From Salinispira sp. (GTDB taxonomy: Bacteria > Spirochaetota > Spirochaetia > DSM-27196 > Salinispiraceae), in the NCBI GenBank assembly GCA_965602015.1, contig OZ271918.1:3805487-3869486 (forward strand): a stretch of DNA of 64,000 bases, in the 5' to 3' direction. Of this stretch, positions 50,654-59,941 are shown piece after piece. A program made the position numbers and the translations under genes. A model generated the notes under the pieces. It did not search any database. It had not been told where the DNA came from and saw only the letters and a program-made list of their open reading frames with translations. Positions within the stretch are counted from its first letter, which is position 1; the number at the start of each line of letters is the position of its first letter.

Positions 50654-51727
50654 CTATCTATTTTCGTAATTTGATTTAATCCAGTTCAGATATTCACCGC
50701 TTTTGATGTTTCTAATCCATTCCTGGTTGCTTAAATACCATTTCACGGTTTTAATCAGTCCTTCCTCGAAGGTGAGGGATTGTTTCCAACCTAGTTCGTT
50801 TTTAATTTTATCACAGTTAATTGCATATCGACGATCATGTCCTGGCCTGTCTTTGACATGCGCAATCAAGGTTTTATAGTGGTCTTTATCTTTTCCGTGC
50901 TCTGCTGCCATTATTTCACAAATCTTGTGAACAAGTTGTATGTTCTCCCATTCGTTTTCACCTCCGATATTGTAAGATTCTCCACTTCGTCCTTTATTCA
51001 ATATCATCCATACCGCGTTGTTATGATCCTCTACATATAACCAATCGCGAATGTTTTTGCCATCTCCGTAGATCGGGAGCGGTTGCTCATTAAGTATGTT
51101 CTCAATGATGACTGGGATTAGTTTCTCCGGAAACTGGAGTGGTCCGTAGTTGTTGCTGCAGTTGGACAAAGTGATAGGCAGCCCGTATGTGTGAAAGTAG
51201 GCTCTAACAAGGTGATCTGATGAAGCTTTTGACGATGAGTAGGGGCTCCGAGGATCATATGGTGTGTCTTCGTAAAAAAAACCATGATCACCCAATGAAC
51301 CAAAAACTTCATCAGTGCTTATGTGGTGAAAGAGAACATCATCACGATCTTTCCAGTTTTTTCGAGCGGCTTCAAGCAGAGTGAAGGTTCCGAGGACATT
51401 GGTATGGATAAATGCTTTGGGGCCTTCAATAGATCGGTCAACATGGCTCTCCGCAGCGAAATGTACAATGGTATCAATTTCGTAATTATCCAATATTGAT
51501 TCGACTTTTGTCTCGTCGCAAATATCTCCTTTTTCAAAGAAATAAGTCTTGCCACCGAACTCTTTCTCAATATTTGAAAGACTATCCGGATTACCCGCAT
51601 AAGTGAGTTTGTCCAGGTTGATGATTTTACCTGTAAAATTGGTACCCTTTAAAAGATAACTGATAAAATTAGCACCAATAAAACCAGCGCCGCCGGTTAC
51701 CAGAATATTTTTTAGCCTTCTACTCAT
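50654..51727 (-). CDS. rfbB: dTDP-glucose 4,6-dehydratase
   Basis: [49 protein letters not shown]. Confidence 0.97.
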   Translation of the reverse strand: MSRRLKNILVTGGAGFIGANFISYLLKGTNFTGKIINLDKLTYAGNPDSLSNIEKEFGGKTYFFEKGDICDETKVESILDNYEIDTIVHFAAESHVDRSIEGPKAFIHTNVLGTFTLLEAARKNWKDRDDVLFHHISTDEVFGSLGDHGFFYEDTPYDPRSPYSSSKASSDHLVRAYFHTYGLPITLSNCSNNYGPLQFPEKLIPVIIENILNEQPLPIYGDGKNIRDWLYVEDHNNAVWMILNKGRSGESYNIGGENEWENIQLVHKICEIMAAEHGKDKDHYKTLIAHVKDRPGHDRRYAINCDKIKNELGWKQSLTFEEGLIKTVKWYLSNQEWIRNIKSGEYLNWIKSNYENR

Positions 51728-52845
51728 ACTTTTACAACCTTTATTTCGAACTTATTGTGGATATACGCCACTTGATTGTGAATACTATAAATCGATTTGA
51801 TATATTGTTAAAGTGAGGAATAATTTTTCTTTAGCTGGTGGAATGCATTCTATGTAGATCACGTCCAATAATGTTCGCAATTTAGAAAAGTAAAAGGAGC
51901 CACAATTCTCTCCGAAGGTTAAGTAGCGATACACAACCAGAAGGAGTAAGTAATCATGGCCCCAAAAAACTCTACCGCAGATTTCAAGAATCTGCTATCC
52001 CAATTCACCGGTGAATCCGATCCCTTGTTTGAGATGCTCAAATGGACAACAGAGCAGCTTATGAAAATCGAAGTCGAATCCAAGGTCGGTGCCCCCAAAG
52101 GTCAGCACTCCCACAACCGGGCTACTCACTTTTCCGGAACACGGGTTCGCCGTTTTGATACCCGATTAGGTACCATGTATCTGGTGGTTCCAAAGCTCCG
52201 AAAGGGAGGGTATATCCCCTTCTTTGTCACCGAGAAGCGCCGGTCTGAGCAGGCGCTTCTTCAGGTTGTCCAGGAAGCATTCATTAACGGCGTTTCAACC
52301 CGGAAGATTGATCGTCTGGCAAAACAGCTGGGAATCGAGAATATTTCCGCAAGCCAGGTTTCAGAAATCAACAAAGGTCTTGATGAACAGGTTGATACAT
52401 TTCGCAATCGCCCCCTTGAAGCGGAGTACCCAGTAATCTGGATAGACGCCCTGTATGAAAAGATCCGGGATGACGGGAGAGTCTACAATCATGCGGTTAT
52501 GGTCGTGTGCGGCCTCAACAGGGCTGGAGAACGGGAAATCCTGGCCATAGAGCCCATGGATGCTGAAAATGAAGACAATTACCGGTTCCTGATCCAGAGG
52601 TTGAAGGAGCGTGGCCTTCGGTCCGTGTGGCTTGTGGTCTCAGATGCGCATCTGGGATTGAAGAATGCTATCCAGAAAGAATTCCTTGGTTCCAGCTGGC
52701 AACGCTGCAAAGTACATTTCATGCGGAACGTGTTGGCAAAAGTGAGAGCCAAACACAAAGAGCATGTGTAGCTTCGCACATTAAATTAGCCTAACCCTCG
52801 CACGTACAGACAAACAATTTTACAAGTAAAACTGACGAAGGGTAC

Positions 52846-52869
52846 CCCCTGCCGCATTCGCGGCAGGGG
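52846..52869 (-). terminator. Hairpin just after the ATPase stop codon
   Basis: CCCCTGCCGC-ATTC-GCGGCAGGGG perfect 10-bp stem. Confidence 0.55.
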
Positions 52870-52875
52870 CAGCAT

Positions 52876-53682
52876 TTACATAAAAATCTCGGTGGAAGCG
52901 ACCCGGACGTGTTCTGCAGAAACAGTCTGTCCACCATCTCCGGCGCAGGCAAGGAGAGCCGTTTTCGCCAGGGAGTTGGCTTTCCGCAAGAGACCACCGG
53001 ATCCCTGATGAATGGCAAAGATCGCCTCATCACTGAATGCTTTCTTTGTTCCCCCGGCCAGGGTGATGTGATGATTCAGGTAATCTTCCATCACCTCCTT
53101 CTTAATAGACTCCAGATGATTCTTGCCCAGCACCCGGGACGCCAGAGGCCGAACTGAGTTAGCCATCAGATGATCGAGCAGGAAATCCTGACCGCAGAGA
53201 ATCATCGGCATGACCGGTTTGGAATCGAATTCAAACTGAGCAAGGGTATGCAGCTGGGTAAACACTGACCGTTTCAGCAGATGAGCCTCATCGATTACCA
53301 GCACCGGGATGACATTGCGGGATGCAATTTCCAGAATAAGCTCCCGGATCTTCGAGATCATGATCGATACCTGGAACGACATATAGCTCATGCCGAAAGT
53401 GAGCAGGATCTGCCGGTACAGTTCCATGGGTGAGAAGTTCCCGCCGACAATGGTAATCAGTTCATACTCACTCGAATGGCATTTGCTTGAGACATAGCGC
53501 AATGACGTAGACTTTCCCGACCCCACATCTCCGGTGATGACGGCAATGGCTTTCTGCTCCAGGGCAAAGAACACCCGCTGCCGCAGGGGTTCCAATGCCG
53601 GTAAGGGGTACAGGTCCTTTACCGCTACATTCTGCGGGAACGGGTTGTGCCGGAATCCAAAGTGGTGGCGCAGCGTATCCAT
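52876..53682 (-). CDS. ExeA/TniB-like AAA+ ATPase of the element
   Basis: HFGFRHNPF, GDVGSGKST, VIDEAHLL, LCGQ, SGGLLRKAN. Confidence 0.9.
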   Translation of the reverse strand: MDTLRHHFGFRHNPFPQNVAVKDLYPLPALEPLRQRVFFALEQKAIAVITGDVGSGKSTSLRYVSSKCHSSEYELITIVGGNFSPMELYRQILLTFGMSYMSFQVSIMISKIRELILEIASRNVIPVLVIDEAHLLKRSVFTQLHTLAQFEFDSKPVMPMILCGQDFLLDHLMANSVRPLASRVLGKNHLESIKKEVMEDYLNHHITLAGGTKKAFSDEAIFAIHQGSGGLLRKANSLAKTALLACAGDGGQTVSAEHVRVASTEIFM

Positions 53683-54965
53683 TAGCTACCTGCCTTTGAG
53701 CCCAGCTTTTCAAAAAGAGCTCCCCCCGAAGCCGACGGCATGACCGGACCCGTGCCGTCCCGCTTAATGCGGCTGTTCACTCCCTGATCCAGATCCCTTA
53801 AGAATCCCTTTGACTGATTCTCGAGAAAGACTTCAATCCGGTCGTAATTCTCAAAACGCAGGACGACTTTCATGCCAACCAATCCCGCAGGGGCTTCATA
53901 CAAACGGCCATCGAGTTTCACCGTCCGGTCGTTGTTTACCGTTCGCTCCTCGCGTTTTCGAAAGTATTCAGGCAAGTTCTCCGGCGCTTTTCGCAAGGCA
54001 TGGGCATCCTGCAGGTAACGCTCCAGGGGCTTCTGCCCCGTACCGCCATGGATCCTCTGGTGATAACCGTTTTCAATGTAGTGGTGAAACAGCCGGTTGA
54101 TCTCATCCAGAGGAAGTTCATCAGGCAGCTCGGGGATAAACTGGCTACGTACGGTACGAAAGAACCGTTCAATCTTGCCCTTTCCCTGGGGTCGGTACGG
54201 CCGTGCATAGCGCAGCCCGATTTCCAGCGAAGCACATCCCAACTGGAGCCTGTGCGCCTTAAATGATGCCCCGTTATCGACATAGAGCTTTCGGGGAACT
54301 CCCCGCTTGCGTAACGCCGTCCATAAGCAGTCCAGGTAATTTTCCAGTGTTTCAGCCAGGTAGAACTGGCCATGGGTAATGAGCCTTGAATGGTCGTCAA
54401 TGATTGCAAACAGATAGGTCTTTCTCAGTTTCCCGCCATGCAGAACTTTCGGACCGTGCATGCAGTCTGACTGCCACAGGTCGTTGGGCAATTGTACCTC
54501 GAACTTCCTCATGTCAGACTCGACTTTGACCCGTTGGGCTTTGCGGATCTTCATGAGCCGGTAAATGCTGGCCATGGAGACCTCTTTTCCGGACGGAAAG
54601 ACGCCGTTTCCTTGAGCAATTTCAACCAGACGCGGGGTGGAGAGTTTTGGATGCTCTTTTCGAAGCAGCATGAGCGCATCGATTTGTTCATCGGAAATGC
54701 TTCTCATCCGGCCCTTGTCGCCGCGATTCTCAGGAAACAAGGCTTCAATCTTCCGCCCGCCATCTTCGTAGCGCTTTACCCAGGTCAGGATGGTGGCCTT
54801 GCTGATGTAGTTTCGGTTTGAAAAGGGAATCTCCCATTCCTTGCTGACCAGCTCCCGCAGGATTCGCTCTTTCTCTCCCCAATACTGGTGTAGGTCTTTC
54901 TCCACAAGCGGAAAGATGACCCCGAAGCGGAATACTGCGATCTTTTCTTTCTTTTCTCTGTCCAT
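53682..54965 (-). CDS. DDE integrase-type (Mu/TnsB-like) transposase
   Basis: HTH, LWQSD, IDDHSRL, YVDNG, PQGKGKIERFF, C-terminal V..DGRLYE; AAGGAGG RBS before ATG 54965. Confidence 0.92.
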   Translation of the reverse strand: MDREKKEKIAVFRFGVIFPLVEKDLHQYWGEKERILRELVSKEWEIPFSNRNYISKATILTWVKRYEDGGRKIEALFPENRGDKGRMRSISDEQIDALMLLRKEHPKLSTPRLVEIAQGNGVFPSGKEVSMASIYRLMKIRKAQRVKVESDMRKFEVQLPNDLWQSDCMHGPKVLHGGKLRKTYLFAIIDDHSRLITHGQFYLAETLENYLDCLWTALRKRGVPRKLYVDNGASFKAHRLQLGCASLEIGLRYARPYRPQGKGKIERFFRTVRSQFIPELPDELPLDEINRLFHHYIENGYHQRIHGGTGQKPLERYLQDAHALRKAPENLPEYFRKREERTVNNDRTVKLDGRLYEAPAGLVGMKVVLRFENYDRIEVFLENQSKGFLRDLDQGVNSRIKRDGTGPVMPSASGGALFEKLGSKAGS

Positions 54966-55565
54966 TTTCTCCTCCTTGAGAGTGATACGTTTTCTCACTC
55001 AAGGCTAAATGGACGCGGTTTCACTGTCAGCGCAAAAGGCAGGTAGGGTACGCAGGCTTCTGACCAGATCTCACGGTATATTCGCCTGGTTGTTACTGGT
55101 ATTTGATCATCGCTCTGCCTGCGGAGGAAAACCGAATGTGGGGCAGTCCAGTTGCCGCTACGGCGGCAGTGGTTGAGAAATGTCTTCCACCAATGCTGCT
55201 GGATCTGCCTCGACACAGTTTGAAGGAACGGCTTTCCTGCAAGCTTTGCTTCCAGGCTGGAGATTTGAGTTTGAACAGGATATTGCATCCCCGGCAAGAA
55301 CTGCTGTGGCCTACAGGTATGAACCCCATGGCAGTCCGGACATCGATACCGCTTCATCCACAGTCCTTGGGCAAACCCGACAAACTGCCGAAGAACGAAG
55401 CCGTGCCCCCATAGCCGTATGCTTCCACACTCGGGTGTCATCACCGGTGCTAAATTGCAGGAAATCACCGGACTAAAATTGCAGACTCCGGCTTGAAAAA
55501 AAGGGCGATGCTACCTTGTAATGGTTGTTACCACACAATCATTCAAGTAAGGAGCACGCCCTAAA

Positions 55566-56816
55566 ATGCTGGAGCTACTGATGCATGAAGCACAGATGTT
55601 GAAACAACAGGGTAAGAGAATCGGTCAGATCGCCGAAGCCCTGGGAAAAAGTGAACGCATGGTTCACTACTACCTTGCAGAGCCTTCAAGGTCTCGAAAG
55701 AAGCGGAATTACACGAGCAAGCTCGATCCGTTCAAACCCTACATCGACACTATACTCGAGGAAGACCCGTCCTTCAATCGGGAGGTTCTGTTGAGGAACC
55801 TGCGAAAACAGAAATACGATGGCGGGGTCACAATCCTCAGGGATTATGCTGCCAGGAAGGCTGCAGATATCACAAAACAGGCAGTTATCCGGTTCGAAAC
55901 CGAACCGGGCTACCAGGCTCAGGTGGATTGGAAAATCCTGGGAAAACAGCTGGTGGACGGACGGTGGCAGAAACTCTATGCCTTTGTCATGGTATTCGGC
56001 TACTCGAGAATGCCGTTTGTCATTCATACCACGAGCATGGACATGGCCACCTTTCTGATGTGCCACGTATTGGCATTCACATATTTTGGCGGGGTGCCGG
56101 AAGAAATCCTGTACGACAACATGAAAACCGCCTTTATCTACCAGGCCGCAGAGGAGAAATGGCAGGTCAACAAGCACCTGCTGTCTCTGGCCCGGCACTA
56201 TGGATTCACACCCCGCCGATGCCAGGTCCGCCGGCCTCAGACCAAAGGAAAGGTCGAACGGTTCATCCAGTTCTACGAGAACAACTTCTGGATCGAGCAC
56301 AAAGCACTGCCAGCTGGACTGATTGAGTTAAACGAAGCAGTCATCACCTGGTGCGAGGATATCAGCCACAGAGTCATCGGCGGGCTCAATGAAAGCCGAT
56401 CAGAACGCTTTACGCATGAAAAGGCTTTCCTTACCCCCTTACCAACGCAGCCGTTTGATTACCGGAAACCGACCAATGTGCGTGTCTCCGGTGAATCTCT
56501 GGTACGGGTGAGAAACAACTGGTACAGCGTTCACCCGCAATTCATTGGTGCAGAGGTAATTGTACGTATCGATCCGCTCACCGGTGAGGCCGAAGTATCA
56601 TCAGAGGATCAGATCATCCGAACCTTCATGCTTAACCTCGAATTGCGAAATCAACGGTTCTACCTGGCTGAACACTCAGCGGCGCTGACCGAGCTCTGGA
56701 AAAGGCAGTACCGGATACCCAAGAGAAGAAAACGGATAAAGGTTTCTACCGATGTTGATGTCCGCTCACCTGGGGAGTACGACCGCTTGTTTGCACTGCA
56801 GGAGGCGGCCTCATGA
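55566..56816 (+). CDS. istA: IS21 transposase
   Basis: SKLDPFK, RFETEPGYQAQVDW, YDNMKT, PQTKGKVER. Confidence 0.95.
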   Translation: MLELLMHEAQMLKQQGKRIGQIAEALGKSERMVHYYLAEPSRSRKKRNYTSKLDPFKPYIDTILEEDPSFNREVLLRNLRKQKYDGGVTILRDYAARKAADITKQAVIRFETEPGYQAQVDWKILGKQLVDGRWQKLYAFVMVFGYSRMPFVIHTTSMDMATFLMCHVLAFTYFGGVPEEILYDNMKTAFIYQAAEEKWQVNKHLLSLARHYGFTPRRCQVRRPQTKGKVERFIQFYENNFWIEHKALPAGLIELNEAVITWCEDISHRVIGGLNESRSERFTHEKAFLTPLPTQPFDYRKPTNVRVSGESLVRVRNNWYSVHPQFIGAEVIVRIDPLTGEAEVSSEDQIIRTFMLNLELRNQRFYLAEHSAALTELWKRQYRIPKRRKRIKVSTDVDVRSPGEYDRLFALQEAAS

Positions 56817-57574
56817 CTAGTAAAAGCACAATGATTACAGCCCGTATGGAAGAGTTGGGTTTGAGCTTCATGGCTGCCGGTCTGGACAGTTTTCTCTCAA
56901 GCCAGGTGAATCAGGATGCGCCTCTGATTGAAGCGATCGGAGAACTCATTGATCTGGAACTGATTCCCCGAAAGGAACGAATGGCCAAAACCCGCTTGAA
57001 GGTTTCAGGAATTCCCCAGGGAAAGAATCTTGAATCCTTTGATCTGTCATGGCCGAAAGGCGGTCTTACACACAAGCAGTTCAACGAACTGTCCACCCTT
57101 GCGTTCATTGAACGTAAAGAGAATGTCATTCTGCTTGGTCCCAGTGGATTGGGTAAAACGCACCTCATGACAGCGCTTGGACAGAAGGCATGTATGAATG
57201 GGTATACGGCCTATTTCATCAGCTGTCTTGATTTGCTTGAACGATTACAGCGTTCCCGGGATCAGGGAAGATTGAAAAACAAACTGACCTGGTTTGGCAA
57301 ACCCCACGTTCTGTTGATTGATGAAGTTGGGTATGAAAACCTGAATGCTGAGCAGGCAGCCTTGTTTTTCCAGCTGATCAATACCCGCTATGAGCATGGA
57401 TCAATCATTCTGACCAGCAACAAAGTATTCGGGAAGTGGGGAGAAATCATGACTGATGACGCAGTTGCTACGGCCACTTTGGACCGGCTGCTTCATCACT
57501 CCCATGTGATCAGCCTGAAAGGAGACTCGTATCGGATGAAGGATCGAATGAAAATCGGAGTCGTTGACTTCTAA
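56813..57574 (+). CDS. istB: IS21 helper ATPase
   Basis: GPSGLGKTHL, LIDEVGY, RYEHGSIILTSN, LDRLLHH, GDSYR. Confidence 0.95.
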   Translation: MTSKSTMITARMEELGLSFMAAGLDSFLSSQVNQDAPLIEAIGELIDLELIPRKERMAKTRLKVSGIPQGKNLESFDLSWPKGGLTHKQFNELSTLAFIERKENVILLGPSGLGKTHLMTALGQKACMNGYTAYFISCLDLLERLQRSRDQGRLKNKLTWFGKPHVLLIDEVGYENLNAEQAALFFQLINTRYEHGSIILTSNKVFGKWGEIMTDDAVATATLDRLLHHSHVISLKGDSYRMKDRMKIGVVDF

Positions 57575-58459
57575 AAAATTTGCCGGAAGTCTGCAATTTA
57601 ACTCCGGTGAAAAACTGCAATTTCATTCCGGCGTTGACATCGGGACAACATTCAGGTTTTTTCCAGTGGAACTGTTTCCCAAGCGCTTGAAGTTTTTCCA
57701 AAACTATCCGACAAATAAGTAACGTTTATTTGCCCCCTTTGGGGGTGAGGTTTTAAGAGCAATGGGGAGTCGGCAAACTTCAACACCATTGCTCTTTTTT
57801 TGTCGGCAGATAAAATTTCCGGTCTAAGTGGAATGAGAGATTGTTTAACTGTTTGTGAGATTTTCTATGCTGGTTTGATCAATTTAATTTGAGAGGCTAC
57901 AGCATGTTGCCGCCCGTATCAAACATATCTGGCTTCAACCGGATGCCGGTACCGCACGGGAATATGCCAAACAGGTGATGGATGATCTGGAATCGCAATT
58001 CCCTGAGGCGGTGGAAATCCTGGATAACGGACTTGAAGACTCACTCCAGTTCTATGAATTTCCAAAGCTCGATCATCGGAAGGTCGCTTCGACAAACATG
58101 CTGGAAAGACTGAACCGGGAGATCCGTCGGCGGTCGAAAGTCGTCGGGATTTTCCCATCTCAGGATTCTTACCTGAGATTGGTGACCTGTTTCCTGATTG
58201 AATACACGGAAGACTGGACAGCCGGCAAGGCCTATATTAAAAAGGAAATACTGGATGAGCAACGAGATCTCATCCCGAAAATAGCCGCTTAACCCGCTGG
58301 AGGAAGCTGGCTCCTACATGAAATTGCGAACTAATTTGGACACCATCTCTCTATGTATATATGGTTTCTTCAAATGTTGTGTTTAACCCATATATTAAAT
58401 CATTAAGTATCTATCCCTCAGAATAATATTAAGGATCTTTATTGATTTGCTTCAAAAAT

Positions 58460-59224
58460 TCAGAGGATATACTTTATCAATCCTACTAAGGCATAGATTG
58501 AAAATTTTTGTAGGCTTGAGATAATGCCGAGACCGAGATACTGGCGGTAATACTTCCATTGGAGTTTTGCTGACATGATTTTATTCCCAGTCAGGGTCTC
58601 GGAAAATACGCGGAGCCGTGCCAGGTCCCGGTTAATGCCTATTCCTCGGCCATGAGTCTTCAAGATTTTCAGGAAAAAATCATAATCGTCCCGACCCAGG
58701 GGTGCTTGAATGTCCTGTCTGAGTCGTCCGGTTACCTCGGTGTCTATCATTGCGGAGGATGCCATAATGCTGTCGGTGAACAGCAGTTGCGCATAAGTGA
58801 TTCTCTGGGGGACTTTTATGGTCACCCCTGAGCGAATGTGACCTGCTTTATTGATTTTTTTGTAGCCCGTGCACGAGAGAACGGCGCCGCTTTCTTTCAT
58901 GACTGAAAGTTGGGTTTCAAGTTTTGTCGGGAGCCAGATGTCGTCGGCGTCGAGCAAAGCCACGTATCTTCCGCGGGCAATTTCAAACCCTGCGTTCCGC
59001 GCCAACATTGGGCCGCCATTGGTTTTTTGATAAATAACCCGAACTCGTTCATCGGACCGGACGAGCTCTTTGAGTTTTTCGTCGGAACCGTCTGTGGAGC
59101 AGTCGTCAATAATAAGCCATTCGAAATTGGTGAATGTCTGGTTAAATACGCTTTCAGCAGTTTCTTGTATAAACTCTTTGGCATTATATAGTGGAGTTAT
59201 TATTGAAACTTCTACTGTTCCCAT
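58460..59224 (-). CDS. Glycosyltransferase family 2 (TuaG-like)
   Basis: VSIITPLYN, DDCSTD, ARN.G, LDADDIW...KLE.Q. Confidence 0.9.
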   Translation of the reverse strand: MGTVEVSIITPLYNAKEFIQETAESVFNQTFTNFEWLIIDDCSTDGSDEKLKELVRSDERVRVIYQKTNGGPMLARNAGFEIARGRYVALLDADDIWLPTKLETQLSVMKESGAVLSCTGYKKINKAGHIRSGVTIKVPQRITYAQLLFTDSIMASSAMIDTEVTGRLRQDIQAPLGRDDYDFFLKILKTHGRGIGINRDLARLRVFSETLTGNKIMSAKLQWKYYRQYLGLGIISSLQKFSIYALVGLIKYIL

Positions 59225-59329
59225 GTGAAATCACTATAATCGACTTTTTGAATGCTGTAAATCACTGCAGCACTTTTGTTTTTGTGTTGCTGAGTCAAGA
59301 TATTTTGCATTCTTATAGGCCCCTGGACG

Positions 59330-59941
59330 CTAAAAAATGACGGAAAAATGGGCGCCTGCCTTAAACAGCACCTGGTTTACTCCCCTGGTGGCGTGCATTA
59401 GTCCCACATTGAGCCCTGATGTGAACATCGGACCAACGAAAATGTCCAGGCCGAGGAGGAATGCGCTGAAGAAGCTTGAATCCGGTGCATTTACCCCGTC
59501 GTTATAAAGCAGATAGCCGATTTCAAAACCGGTGAAGGGAATCAGGACCCTCCTTCGAACTGTCCCGGGGGTTTCTAGGCTTATGGTCCAACCCAAGGCG
59601 CTTATTGCACCAATATTGAGACCCTCTATCGGCAGGGCCTGGGAGATTCCGACGCGACCGTAGACTTCCCATCGAGCGCGTTCCAAAATCCGCGGACTGT
59701 TTGAAAAAGCGTTGAATGCGGAAATCAGGTTGTGGCGATAGTACAGCATTGCGACGGAGGATTCTTCCTCGGAAACCGCAACCATGTAATCAAAACCCAA
59801 TCCGGGAAGACTCATCTGATAAAATGAACTGACTGCTTCAGTTTTCCCTTCATCCTGAGTAAATAATGGCAGGGTAACCAGCATGCCCAGTGCTATTAAC
59901 AGGATTCCCTTCTTATAACCGCATTTCAATTTCATCTGCAA
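59330..59941 (-). CDS. Hypothetical exported/outer-membrane protein
   Basis: Signal-like N-terminus, amphipathic strands, C-terminal Phe. Confidence 0.55.
   Translation of the reverse strand: MQMKLKCGYKKGILLIALGMLVTLPLFTQDEGKTEAVSSFYQMSLPGLGFDYMVAVSEEESSVAMLYYRHNLISAFNAFSNSPRILERARWEVYGRVGISQALPIEGLNIGAISALGWTISLETPGTVRRRVLIPFTGFEIGYLLYNDGVNAPDSSFFSAFLLGLDIFVGPMFTSGLNVGLMHATRGVNQVLFKAGAHFSVIF

Larger units (their letters stand above)
55436..57639 (+). mobile_element. IS21-family element, 2204 bp
   Basis: TGTCA...TGACA ends, two AAATTGCAG repeats per end, 5-bp duplication TCGGG at 55431-55435 and 57640-57644. Confidence 0.95.
54995..57725 (-). pseudogene. Zn-ribbon (DUF6431-like) accessory gene interrupted by IS21
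   Basis: Halves rejoin as ...FHWKKPECCPECGSIRLWGHGF...RYRCPDC; start uncertain (TTG 57701 or ACG 57725). Confidence 0.8.
52767..57901 (-). mobile_element. Three-gene transposable element (Zn-ribbon protein, DDE integrase-type transposase, ExeA-like AAA ATPase)
   Basis: Ends TGTAGCTTCGCACATTAAATT and AATTTAATTTGAGAGGCTACA; 5-bp duplication GCATG at 52762-52766 and 57902-57906. Confidence 0.92.
51956..58292 (+). pseudogene. IS256 transposase interrupted at 52766/57907
   Basis: VPKLR, GVSTR, WIDA, VVSDAH.GL, WQRCKVHF, then STNMLERLNREIRRR; the halves rejoin in frame as KEHVAARIKHIW (398 aa). Confidence 0.93.
51857..58349 (+). mobile_element. IS256-family element (about 1353 bp when the inner insertion is removed)
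   Basis: Imperfect TIRs GATCACGTCCAATAATGTTCGCAATTT / AAATTGCGAACTAATTTGGACACCATC; direct repeat TCTATGTA at 51849-51856 and 58350-58357. Right end is uncertain by 2 nt. Confidence 0.88.

Noticed and set aside
49777..51727. Complete dTDP-rhamnose pathway
   Set aside because: rmlC and rmlD are not in the window; the adjacent fdt-type genes point to a 3-acylamido-3,6-dideoxyhexose, and Fuc3N vs Qui3N cannot be resolved by eye.
55436..55492. AAATTGCAG repeats as a mini CRISPR-like array
   Set aside because: They are IS21 terminal transposase-binding repeats, mirrored at the other end.
57975..58292. Separate 105-aa gene
   Set aside because: It is the C-terminal fragment of the interrupted IS256 transposase.
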